IMG/VR virus record: IMGVR_UViG_3300013121_000036 | Coordinates: 32,001-96,000 of that record | Length of the DNA: 64,000 nt | From: a virus | Lineage: Duplodnaviria > Caudoviricetes | Strand: one strand, 5' to 3' | Part shown: positions 1-9,448 of the stretch, piece after piece | How positions within the stretch are numbered: position 1 is the first letter of the stretch | How the letters are laid out: each line of letters starts with the position of its first letter | Translations under genes and position numbers: made by a program | The notes under the pieces: model-generated | What the model was told of the DNA's origin: nothing | What the model saw: only the letters and a program-made list of their open reading frames with translations | Databases searched by the model: none

Positions 1-39
1 CAAGAGGTGCGCCCCGTTTGGGGTTGCTCAGGTGGAAGT

Positions 40-360
40 ATGGTAGATTTCGTCGCCAGGTGCTCTCACCCCAAGTGCACAGCAAGCATCCACACCAAGA
101 GCAGGAGAGCCGCCAAGGAAAACTGCTGGGACGTACCCAAGGACGGCACGGCTAGCTGCCCCAGGCACTCCAAGAGAAGCCTTTACAGCAAGCTCGACAT
201 GTCTCACGCCGAGGTCAAGAAGTTCATCAAGGTCATGGACGAGCTTCGCGTCTACCTCTGCCCAAGGTGCCAGAAGCTGAGGAGCTGGTCAGATGGCGCC
301 GGTGACGACTACCCAGAGCTGTGCGACTCCTGCTACCGCAAGGTCAGCAAGAAGCCATGA
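40..360 (+). CDS. Cys-rich (Zn-ribbon) hypothetical protein
   Basis: CxxC pairs; ATGA overlap with next gene. Confidence 0.6.
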   Translation: MVDFVARCSHPKCTASIHTKSRRAAKENCWDVPKDGTASCPRHSKRSLYSKLDMSHAEVKKFIKVMDELRVYLCPRCQKLRSWSDGAGDDYPELCDSCYRKVSKKP

Positions 361-698
361 GCTACAGGACGGCCGTCGAGAAGGACGAAAAGTTTCGCTT
401 CGAGTGCCCGGAGTGCAAGAGGAGGAACTCCGTTCTTTTCGAGTTCTCGCAGGAAACATGCCCTTACTGCGGAGGACCTTGCGGGCACAGCGCGAGGTCG
501 CTGTACGACTGTAGCAAAGAGAAGTACGTGTCAGTTTCATTGCCCTTCGTAAGGACGTGCAGCGGCGTGACTGGCAAGAGCTTCCTCGACAAATTGTTCC
601 GAGAGCACGAGTGTCGCCTGGATGTTGGAATCCACATCCACAGGGTCTGCCACCATTGCAAGATGGAGTGGCCGTGCAAGCCGGCCGTGGAGAAGTAA
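357..698 (+). CDS. Cys-rich (Zn-finger) hypothetical protein
   Basis: CPEC, CPYC, CHHC motifs; TAA stop abuts next ATG. Confidence 0.6.
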   Translation: MSYRTAVEKDEKFRFECPECKRRNSVLFEFSQETCPYCGGPCGHSARSLYDCSKEKYVSVSLPFVRTCSGVTGKSFLDKLFREHECRLDVGIHIHRVCHHCKMEWPCKPAVEK

Positions 699-923
699 AT
701 GAGGATGTTCAAGAACCAAGAAGGTGACTTCGTCGTTGCCGAGAGCGCCGAAGACGCTCTGACGGCCTACTGCGACAGCATCGGTGAAAGCGCCGACGAC
801 TATCGAGGTCTCGAACTCTTCCAGTTCTCTCCTGTGGACGACGACTACTTCCTGTGTGGCGCGACTGCGGCGCACTGGGCACGGAAGCTGGGGCGAGGGT
901 ACTGGTTCTCAACCAACGAGTGA
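699..923 (+). CDS. hypothetical protein
   Basis: GGAG RBS, operon packing. Confidence 0.6.
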   Translation: MRMFKNQEGDFVVAESAEDALTAYCDSIGESADDYRGLELFQFSPVDDDYFLCGATAAHWARKLGRGYWFSTNE

Positions 924-934
924 GGAGAGAGGTC

Positions 935-1852
935 ATGGCCGAAAACAGCAAGATTGCATGGACAACACACACGTGGAACCCGTGGATCGGCTGCACCAAG
1001 GTGTCAGCAGGGTGCAAGAACTGCTATGCGGAGGGCTTGCAGGGCAGGTTCGGAGGAGGTCTATGGGGGGCCGATGGCAGGCGCAGGATAGCTGCCCCCA
1101 GCTCGTGGAAAGAGCCCCTGTCATGGGACCGCAAGGCGAGAGATGCTGGCGAGAGGCATCGAGTCTTCTGCGCCTCTCTGGCAGATGTCTTCGAGGACAG
1201 GGCGGATCTTGCTGAGCCTAGGAAGCGCGTGTTTGGGGTCATCGAAGCGACCCCAAACCTGGACTGGCTACTGCTCACGAAGCGGCCTCAAGACATGGGA
1301 AGGCTAGCGAAGGACGCCGGATGGTCTGGGATGTGGCCCAGCAACGTGTGGGCGGGAACAACGGTAGAGGACCAGTCAGCGGCTGACTCGCGCATCCACT
1401 ATCTGCTTCGAGTGCCCGCACTCACACGCTTCCTTTCCTGCGAGCCCATGCTCAGCCCCATCCGGCTCACGTACAGGCTCGGATGCCACGCGGGCAAGGA
1501 CGGCGAATGCAACTGGCAGAACTGTCCGCAAATCCGCGACAATGAGCCCTATCGTAGTGGCAGGCACTGCCCGCTAGACTGGTCGTCGCAAGACGACTAC
1601 GAGAGCCCGCCGCGCATCGACTGGGTCATCGTGGGTGGCGAGAGCGGGCCAAATGCGCGACCGTTCGACTTGTTGCACGCAGGGTCGCTCATGCGTCAGT
1701 GCAAGCTGTCCGGCGTGCCAGTGTTCTTCAAGCAACTAGGTGCAAACCCGGTGTTTGGCGACAAGCCGTGGCCACTCGCACACGACAAGCGATCCGGCGC
1801 CGACAAGCGAGACTGGCCCGAGTGGTTGATGGTGCAGGAGTTCCCCACGTAG
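935..1852 (+). CDS. DUF5131 / phage Gp37Gp68 family protein
   Basis: SKIAWTTHTWNPWIGCTKVSAGCKNCYA, FCASLADVF, LLTKRP, FLSCEP, IDWVIVGGESG, FFKQLG motifs; GAGGAG RBS. Confidence 0.92.
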   Translation: MAENSKIAWTTHTWNPWIGCTKVSAGCKNCYAEGLQGRFGGGLWGADGRRRIAAPSSWKEPLSWDRKARDAGERHRVFCASLADVFEDRADLAEPRKRVFGVIEATPNLDWLLLTKRPQDMGRLAKDAGWSGMWPSNVWAGTTVEDQSAADSRIHYLLRVPALTRFLSCEPMLSPIRLTYRLGCHAGKDGECNWQNCPQIRDNEPYRSGRHCPLDWSSQDDYESPPRIDWVIVGGESGPNARPFDLLHAGSLMRQCKLSGVPVFFKQLGANPVFGDKPWPLAHDKRSGADKRDWPEWLMVQEFPT

Positions 1853-1929
1853 GGCACATGTGGGACAAGATGACACATGTTTTCTTCGCGGCGGTTGCAA
1901 CGGCTCCATGTCATGGTCATGCTTTGGAC

Positions 1930-2229
1930 ATGGCAAAGAAGTTGGACTACTCCTCCGCGAAGAAGGCTCAGAAGGTGTCCGAGGAAGCGTCCGCCCAGAG
2001 GGCCGCAAGGGGTGTCGTCAGGTCGTTCGACGACGAGCCCAAGAGGGTCGTTCGGGTGTCGACCAAGACCGTCAACATGAGGATGTTCAACCTCAAGAGG
2101 GTGAGGATGCTCTACGTCTTCGAGCTTGAGTGCGGGCACTCAGTGAATTTCGCGAGGATGCCTCACGAGAAACACGAGTACCTGCTCTGCTCAAGGTGCC
2201 ACTCAGACTCCTTGACACCTGGCATGTGA
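1930..2229 (+). CDS. hypothetical protein, C-terminal Zn ribbon
   Basis: LECGH...CSRC. Confidence 0.6.
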   Translation: MAKKLDYSSAKKAQKVSEEASAQRAARGVVRSFDDEPKRVVRVSTKTVNMRMFNLKRVRMLYVFELECGHSVNFARMPHEKHEYLLCSRCHSDSLTPGM

Positions 2230-2242
2230 GGTCGGATACTAT
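2212..2242 (+). promoter_or_regulatory. sigma70-type promoter
   Basis: TTGACA(2212)-17 nt-GATACT(2235); alternative -10 TACTAT at 2237. Confidence 0.65.
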
Positions 2243-2249
2243 GGCAGCC

Positions 2250-2333
2250 ATGCTCTAGCTGCCAAGAGGCCCGCCCTCCTCGAACAAAGCCAGTCCCGTG
2301 AACAGAAACGCTTGTCCGTGGAGGAAGATATGA
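2250..2333 (+). CDS. putative leader peptide M-L-(amber)-LPRGPP...
   Basis: ATG CTC TAG CTG CCA AGA GGC CCG CCC; read-through frame ends in a TGA overlapping the ATG at 2330. Confidence 0.5.
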
Positions 2334-2698
2334 ACAACCATGTTTTGTTTCGGAACATCTCGCAACTGAAGAAGCGCAGCAGGCTCCAGCACCTCATCTA
2401 CAACTGGATGATCCAGACGCCGCGAGAGAAGGTGGAGCGTAGGGTGAGCGAGCAGAGCCTTGCCTTCATCAAGGGCGAGGCACGTCGCATGAGGAACATC
2501 CTGAGCGTTGACACCGCGCCAGATGGAGCTGAGCCTGGCCACCGAACGCTGACGGCGATGGCGGTACACGAGGTCGTGGACTTCGTCGAGTGGCTCAAGC
2601 TCGACTCGTACGAGGTCAAGGTCTGTGCTCCTGGTTCGGTTGCCGAGAGGAAGCTTAGGGCTGCTGAGCGCAGGGCGGCCAAGAGCGCCGAAGCGTAG
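2330..2698 (+). CDS. hypothetical protein; N-terminal half of an amber read-through fusion with Pth2
   Basis: GGAGG RBS; ends in TAG in frame with the Pth2 domain. Confidence 0.75.
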   Translation: MNNHVLFRNISQLKKRSRLQHLIYNWMIQTPREKVERRVSEQSLAFIKGEARRMRNILSVDTAPDGAEPGHRTLTAMAVHEVVDFVEWLKLDSYEVKVCAPGSVAERKLRAAERRAAKSAEA

Positions 2699-3007
2699 GG
2701 CAAGCTCTACATCGTGGTGAGGGAAGACCTGCCGCAGGGCGCAAGGGTAGCCCAGTCGGTTCACGCCGCCGTCGAGATGGCAGTGGAGCATCCACGCGAA
2801 TTCAGGGCGTGGTGGAAAAGCTCCAACACCGTCGTGGTGTTGCTGACCAAAGACGAGGAGCGCCTCACGTCGATCTTCGACGATGCCATCGAGAAGAACA
2901 TGACGACTGTCCTCTTCAGTGAGCCAGACATGGGCAACCGGCCCACGGCGATGGCCGTCATCGACCAAGGCGCCAAGCGCTTGCTTCGCAAGCTGAAGCT
3001 GGCATAA
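2699..3007 (+). CDS. pth2: peptidyl-tRNA hydrolase 2 (Pth2)-like domain
   Basis: KLYIVVREDL...AQSVHAA...W...TVVVL...FSEPD...TAMA...LRKLKL; the first strand starts right after the TAG with no start codon of its own. Confidence 0.85.
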   Translation, partial: GKLYIVVREDLPQGARVAQSVHAAVEMAVEHPREFRAWWKSSNTVVVLLTKDEERLTSIFDDAIEKNMTTVLFSEPDMGNRPTAMAVIDQGAKRLLRKLKLA

Positions 3008-3045
3008 CATCGACACATGGCCAGGTCCACTTCGGGCCTGGCTTC

Positions 3046-3118
3046 GAGGCCATAGCTCAGCAGGTAGAGCGGCGGGTTCTAAACCTGCAAGTCGCCGGTT
3101 CGAGCCCGGCTGGTCTCA
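3046..3118 (+). tRNA. amber suppressor tRNA (anticodon CUA)
   Basis: acceptor GAGGCCA/TGGTCTC, D arm GCTC/GAGC, anticodon stem GCGGG/CCTGC with loop TT-CTA-AA, T arm GCCGG-TTCGAGC-CCGGC, A73; no encoded CCA. Confidence 0.92.
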
Positions 3119-3133
3119 CGAAGGAGAACGAAG

Positions 3134-3724
3134 ATGGCGAAGTTTGCTTGGTTCATTGAGAGCGACGGGTACCTGAAGAAGGAGTTTGACGACATCTGGG
3201 ATACCGTAGAGGATGCCGTGAAGTTCGGAGTGGAACAAGACATCCTCAAGAAGGTCGTCGTTGGATCGGTCGAGCCGATGATCCCGTGGGACGCGATCAC
3301 CGCTGTCGACGTTGCCATGCTGAGGGAAGACGAAGGACAACTGTCTCCGCAGTCGCTCCTGGGCATGGTCTACGGGATGTTGCCACCTCTCATCAACGAG
3401 ACTTTCGTGTTCCTGAAAGGCGGGGCAGAAGCTGCCTTTCAGGAAATCATGTCACGAGGTGGCAACGACGACGACTTCCTTGCTTGGTGCAAGCAGTACA
3501 TCGAGGCCGACCCAGAGACATGCGTCTTCGGTGTTCACCCACTACCGCTTGGCTTCAGAAACGGTCACTGGTGCATGGCATCGGATGAGGACGTCTGGGT
3601 TGACGTTCACATCGAGGACGACGGCTCGTTCGGAGGTTGGGACTGGTACGCAGGGGCCCCAGCATCGTGGGGCACATGCGACAGCCTACGAGAGGCGATG
3701 AGCCTTGCCAGCGGTCGTAAATGA
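3134..3724 (+). CDS. hypothetical protein
   Basis: AAGGAG RBS, 196 aa. Confidence 0.7.
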   Translation: MAKFAWFIESDGYLKKEFDDIWDTVEDAVKFGVEQDILKKVVVGSVEPMIPWDAITAVDVAMLREDEGQLSPQSLLGMVYGMLPPLINETFVFLKGGAEAAFQEIMSRGGNDDDFLAWCKQYIEADPETCVFGVHPLPLGFRNGHWCMASDEDVWVDVHIEDDGSFGGWDWYAGAPASWGTCDSLREAMSLASGRK

Positions 3725-4257
3725 CGTTCGCGGTGAGCAACGAGAAGGATGTTCTTATCAAGCTCAGGAACCAGCTTCTGGAGCTGGAGTCGAAGTACCG
3801 TGAGCTGGCCAAGAAGGCAGAGGATGCGGAAGACTGGATGACCAAGTACGAAAGGCTGGCATCTTTTCGAGCTTACGAAATCTCAGGCAAGCTGGTGGCC
3901 AGCGCGATTTTGGCCATCGAACAGGTAGGAGCCGAAGTGAAAGCCGAAGTGAACTTCAAGTGGGAATGCCCCACGTGCGGAGCGGTGGCCGGCAAACATG
4001 GGGCTGGCGGAAAATCGAAGTGCATCTCAACCACAGCAGGATGCGATGGGTTGATCTGCGAGTGCGACCCTCGTGATCTTGGAAACGACTACAGTGCGAA
4101 GGACCACGGCGTCTCTCACTCGAATCCATGCCAGAACGCAAGCTGTTACCACTGCGGCTGGGGAGGACGACTGCCTCCAGTGCCGAAGAAGATGCAGCCG
4201 TGGGAGAAGAAGGCTATCAGTGCCGGGTGGACTCCGCCGGCTGGGTGGGGGCAGTGA
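3721..4257 (+). CDS. hypothetical protein with Cys-rich C-terminus
   Basis: ATGA overlap; CPTC, CICEC-like, CYHC. Confidence 0.65.
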   Translation: MTFAVSNEKDVLIKLRNQLLELESKYRELAKKAEDAEDWMTKYERLASFRAYEISGKLVASAILAIEQVGAEVKAEVNFKWECPTCGAVAGKHGAGGKSKCISTTAGCDGLICECDPRDLGNDYSAKDHGVSHSNPCQNASCYHCGWGGRLPPVPKKMQPWEKKAISAGWTPPAGWGQ

Positions 4258-4258
4258 C

Positions 4259-7200
4259 ATGGCACTTGTAGCCGTTCTCGTTTCGATGGCTTTTTCGGTG
4301 ACATGGTCGTATTGCATGTCCGTGGCAAGCAACCTCATCCATCGAGCGGCGCTCTTGATCCTGCTGTTCACCATCATGGGCCTTGGTGTTGCCGGCATGG
4401 TGTGCAAGTGATCTGGGTCGTCGTAAGAGAAGAGGGGATCTACCTCTACTCGCTTGGCAGAGAGAGCGCGCTACACCCTTGGACCACGGTCTGGTCGGCA
4501 AGCGGATTCCACCTGATGTCCGAGGAGGAAGCGCGATCGTCAAGCAAGGTTATCTCGGACGGCGGCATCTCGTGCTCTGCTGTGGAGCTGAGAACGGCGC
4601 CAGACTGGAAGAAGAAAAGTGGTGACAAGCACATGCTTCTCCAGTACCTGGCCAGAAGCGAGGAGGCTGGATGATGGACATCTGGGGACCATGCATGACA
4701 GTCTCGACATGGTCTCTAACCGTTCCGAGGCCGGCTTTGACATCTGCCTCTACGGAAGGGGTCATAACGGTTACGCACGACCAGAGGTCTGTGTCGCACG
4801 CGATGACTGGTGTGCCATTCACTGCGACGAAGTCAGAGCCCAAGAAGCCGGCAAACAGGCACGAGAGGCGAGCTGCGGCGGCGATGGAGAGGAAAAGGAA
4901 GAAACGATGAACTGGACACCCGTGGAGCTGTTTGATCCGAGGGCTTACCCATACAGGGAAGAGCTTGGTTCTCTTGACGAAGAGACGCCAGGAACAGGTC
5001 AAACGCTCATGATAATGAGCGCGTGGGGCAGTGAGCTGTCAAAGGCTGCCGACGATGGCCTGAGGGCAATTCTTGTCTTTCAGGCGGCGCAAAAGTTCGT
5101 CAACGAGGTTGCGTCTCTTGGTGTCGACGTCATCAGCCTGATGAGGTGGATGGTCGATGACCAGCGAGAAGACATCATGTGGCAGGTTTACGGCGACGGA
5201 AAAGGCGTCGTCGCAACGGTCGGCCGATGAAACACATCCTCGTCAGATTCAAAGACGTTGGCAGAAAACGATTCGCCGTCGTACTGTGCGGCCCGGATGT
5301 GCCACTCGGCGAGACCGCGCACAGCTATGCTCGCGTCGACTGTCCAGAGTGTCGCAAGATCAAGCTCGAAGAGCTGCGCGGGAAGACCATGGGACTGGGG
5401 TGTGGCGACAGCGGTTGCGCGTGCAGGAGACCAGGAGGGCAGACCACCAACGGGGGATGTCGATGCGAGCGTTCCCAACTGCGCGAATCATCCGTTGTCT
5501 GGAGAAACTACGCCTTGTTGCTTGAGTCGGAGGTGAAGCGATGACGCTCAAGGAAGCAAAAGCGGCTCTCGCCGCCGCACAGGAAGCCTACAAGGCTGCT
5601 GACGAGGCATACAGTGCCGCCGGGGAGCGCGCTCGTGTCGCGAGGTCAGCGGTGTGGGAGGCAGAACGCTCCGTCGACCGTGCCAAACCGCTTGGCAAGC
5701 GGGCGAAGGACATGCTGACGAGGATGGCGAGCGCGCCTGTGTCGGTTGCCTACGACAGATACCGAACAAGCCAAGAAGAGCGCATCGCGCTGGCGCTTGT
5801 GGAACTGGGGTTTGCAACCAATAGGCGTCTTGGTGCGATGTTCGAGTTCACCATCACCGACGCCGGCCGCGCCAAGCTGGGGGGCAAGCCATGAGCGGCT
5901 GCGACTTTCCCGTGATGACACAGGCAGACGTGGCGGCGCTGGGCGATATCGAGAGGGCGACCGCTCGCGCGGCAAATGGCTGCGATGCGGCGCTGTTGCG
6001 TGCCTTCAGCTACCGATGCTGGCAGCGCTTGCCCGACGGGTCGGGCCGACCGCGATTGCTGACTGGGCACAGCGGCGTGTGCGTCCCTAACCGCGCGCGG
6101 CACATGCCGCGGAAGTTGCTCAATAACCTGAGCATGTTTGCTGACGACTACTGGCGAGAAACTCTTTCACAGGGCCAAACGCATCTGATGTTCGCGGCAC
6201 GCGAGCGTTCGTTTGGTGCCGATCGACGGATATCATCTAGCCTGCGGCCTCGGCGCGTCACGAGCAACGGGCTCGTCATCGTGAGGGGGCGGCGATGAGC
6301 GACGGGGCTCCTGTGCGGTGGAGGGTGACCATCGAGGGCTGCCAGCCAGACCTCTACACATCGCGCCGCGAGGCCGTCGCCGCAGTAAACCGAGCCAGGC
6401 TGCTGGGCGACTCTGCGACACTCACGAGGGTCGAGACGGTCTCGAGGCGCTGGCGAGTCAGGGGCGTGACCTGTCGCGTCTGGCGATGCGTGTGGACCAA
6501 ACGCTGGTTCTGGGCTGCTGGCGAGGTTGACAACGTTTTCGATGACTACGGATCGTCCTCCTACGCCGCGGCCGTCGAGGCCGCAGAGCGATGCGCAAGG
6601 GGGCAGCGATGAAGCGCCTCCCTCGACGTCAATCAGGGTCATCCCCGGCCCGGTACGACTGCCGGGAGCGGTCGGACGGCCTGTGGACGATCGTCGTTTT
6701 CAGGGCCCCTCTGGGCGGCGTGTCGTGGCTGGCTCGGGGCCCGAGGGTCGGCGGGCCGCTGTACGGGACTGAAGCGATGATGGGGCAGGCGATGCGGGAA
6801 GCTCGGGATGCGGTCAGGGGGCAGAAATGACAGACGACGATGCTGCGCGGGCAAGGGAGATGCGCAAGGAGGCTTTGCGAAGGATGCTGTCTAGCATGGA
6901 GGAGCTGCCGACTTCGTGCCTTGGAGTCCCGCGGCTCAGGTTCTTGGGACGAGGCCACAAGAAGCGACTTTATGGCATAGCCAGGATTTGGCAGATGTCG
7001 CAAGACATTGCCCACGAGCTTCGGCGACTGAGCGGTTGGTTTCACGATTGTCGCCTCGACAGGGCGAGGGCTCTACACTGGGCGTCTTACTGCCGAGCCA
7101 CATCCATGGCGAGACATCCTTACGCCATCTCCACGCGCCGATTCACCGCTGACGGCACTGTGGTGGCCCTGTCGAGGGCAGCGAGGGTACGATGAGCGCC

Positions 7201-7437
7201 TCGACTTCGTCATCGAGAAGGATCCTTGGGTGCCCGTGCTGTGGTGGCAGCAAGTACCTGTCGAGCGGCGCCTCATCATGCTCTCAATGCGGCTGGAATG
7301 TCGAGGCGAGGGTGGCCAACAGATGGTCGAAGGATGCGCGAGAGTCATGGTCCGCCATGGCCACGTCCCTTCGTGAAGAGTACGGAGAGATGGCCGAAAG
7401 AGAAGCGTTCGAGAGGATGAGGTCAGAGCATGACTGA
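4259..7437 (+). CDS. run of small coupled hypothetical genes (4259-4411, 4408-4674, 4671-4910, 4907-5230, 5227-5544, 5541-5894, 5891-6298, 6295-6612, 6609-6830, 6827-7195, 7192-7437)
   Basis: consecutive ATGA/GTGA stop-start overlaps typical of phage early genes. Confidence 0.6.
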
Positions 7438-7765
7438 AGAAGAGTTCAAGCACATCGTCGTCGAGATCCTCAGGAGAAAGAGGGGCAACTTTGACCTTGC
7501 GGTTCTCGACAGAAAAGCAAGGTGGAGGCGACAGTTGTGGAGCCTGGCTGGAAGCATTGCCCACAATGCAAGGATGGTAGCGCCCGGATGGTGCTATGAC
7601 ATGGGCTCTACATACAAAGCCATCTGCGACCACGCCGTCTCTGCCGCTCGTCATGGGATGTCCCCTCAAAACACATCGTGGAAGACGGTTGTCGTGAGCG
7701 GGAAGGTCACGACGTTCTCCTTCCGTCGCAAGAGAAAAGAGGTGTACGGTCGAAGCGCAAGTTTA
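7430..7765 (+). CDS. hypothetical protein (ends at TTA)
   Basis: in-frame TTA 7763-7765 followed by AAGGAG RBS and ATG 7799. Confidence 0.55.
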
Positions 7766-7798
7766 CGGTTGTTGTCGCCAAGAAAAGGAGCAAGAAAG

Positions 7799-8269
7799 AT
7801 GAGCAGCAAGAGGCCAACGTACATCAACAGTGAAGAGGTTCGAGAGGCCGTTCTTTCGGAAGCGGTCAAGATCCTGATGGGGTGGGATAACAACCTCGAC
7901 GAGGAAGAGGCCAGGGACGCCATGGAAAGCGCCATCGACGCCGGGCTCAACCTCGACGGCTATCACCTCGCCAGGGAGCTTGAGCACGAATGGATCGACC
8001 CTGACGAGTCGCTCGTCGAGAGTCTGAGCCGACTCAAAGTAGTCTCGCGAAAGGCCGAGGTAGACGCCGTGAGGAAGTGGGTGACCGAGAACGGCATCAA
8101 GCCATCCAAGGCCGTCGGAGATCAGGTCATCAGGAATGGCATGAGTGGAGAGATCATCAGGGTCGACGAGAAGGACGCCGTGTACGTCGTCCACTTCCCT
8201 GATCTGGGCCACAAGAAGAGCAACGGCGTCCTCGGCCTACTCATCCCATTCGAGGAGGCAGGGGGTTGA
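7799..8269 (+). CDS. hypothetical protein, possible C-terminal SH3/KOW-like barrel
   Basis: own AAGGAG RBS; VGDQV...GEIIRVD...YVVHF. Confidence 0.65.
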   Translation: MSSKRPTYINSEEVREAVLSEAVKILMGWDNNLDEEEARDAMESAIDAGLNLDGYHLARELEHEWIDPDESLVESLSRLKVVSRKAEVDAVRKWVTENGIKPSKAVGDQVIRNGMSGEIIRVDEKDAVYVVHFPDLGHKKSNGVLGLLIPFEEAGG

Positions 8270-8271
8270 CA

Positions 8272-8739
8272 ATGAAGCTGGTCTTCACTCACGAGAAACA
8301 CCCTGTCGGAAAGTCTGTGTTCCTCGCAGGACCGACTCCGAGGTCGGCGACGACGCAGAGCTGGAGGGTAGGTGCGATAAACCTGTTCGAGAGGCACGGC
8401 TTCGACGGGTTCTTGTACGTCCCAGAGTTCAGGGACGGAGCGCGAGACAACGTCGCCGACGACGAGTTCGATCGTCAATGCCTGTGGGAAGATCGGGCCC
8501 TTGAGAGAGCCACCGTCATCATGTTCTGGATCCCCAGGAGGATGCCGGACATGCCATCCCTCACCACCAACGACGAATGGGGGCGGTGGAAGGACAGCGG
8601 CAAGGTCACCTTCGGAGCGCCACCGTGGGCCGAGAACGTGAGGTATCAGTGGTGGTGGGCTTCACGCCTCGGCATCGAAACATCCACTGACCTTGAGTCT
8701 CTCGTGGAGAAGACCATCAACAAGGCGAGATTTTGGTGA
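8272..8739 (+). CDS. nucleoside 2-deoxyribosyltransferase-like protein
   Basis: SVFLAGPTPR, SWR, YVPE, QCLWE, IMFWIPR, TTNDEWG motifs. Confidence 0.85.
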   Translation: MKLVFTHEKHPVGKSVFLAGPTPRSATTQSWRVGAINLFERHGFDGFLYVPEFRDGARDNVADDEFDRQCLWEDRALERATVIMFWIPRRMPDMPSLTTNDEWGRWKDSGKVTFGAPPWAENVRYQWWWASRLGIETSTDLESLVEKTINKARFW

Positions 8740-8751
8740 CGCCCCGCTGGC

Positions 8752-9369
8752 TAACCTCAAGCAAGCCAGCTCGCTAAGCTCGGCGAGGGCCTTCTCGTCG
8801 CCGGAGAAGACGTTCAGGTCGCAGGGGCCATCCACGCCGGTGGCCCTTCCCTCGTCTCCCTTGTATTGCCAGAAAGCCCAGCTCTTCCACGGCTTGGGGA
8901 GCATGGGTCGCGAGACACCGTAGTGGGCCACCCAGAGGCTCGCTCCAGATGTGTCGGTGGACTCGTCCCCGAAGGGACCCCACCATCCTGCGCCCGTGTA
9001 GACGATGACGTGGCCGAAGAGTGCCACCGCGCCGAGGATCATGCTGCGGCAGAACGCCCTCGTGTCACGACACCCCTTCTCCGTGAGCTGCTCGAAGTCG
9101 ATGGCGGGAGGAAGCCTCTTCTCGCCGCACAAGTCATGGGCGCAGGCAAGGGCATCGAGCTGCGCGTCCACGCTTTCTCTGCCGAGGGCGAAGACGTACG
9201 GGGCCACGTAGAGGCCAGCCTCGGCAGCCCCAGTGGCGTGCCTGACGAACATGTCGTCGGGAGAGGAGCCCCACCCGCACCTGGCAAAGACAAAGCTCTT
9301 TTCTCTGGCGACCTCTGGCCAGTTGACGCGCCGCTGACAGTAGGAAACGTCGATACCTTGGACTGACAT
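8752..9369 (-). CDS. GH25 lysozyme (endolysin); ends at TTA
   Basis: GIDVSYCQ, AIDFE, LWVAHY, WAFWQY, CDLNVF; in-frame TTA lies 12 nt before the convergent gene's stop. Confidence 0.88.
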
Positions 9370-9413
9370 GTGCGCAATGTCCCACACGATGCCACTCATT
9401 TCAAGGCACAAGG

Positions 9414-9442
9414 TTGACCAGAACAACTACTCGGACTAGGTT
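9414..9442 (+). promoter_or_regulatory. sigma70-type promoter, leaderless start
   Basis: TTGACC-17-TAGGTT, ATG 6 nt downstream. Confidence 0.55.
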
Positions 9443-9448
9443 GCCCAC

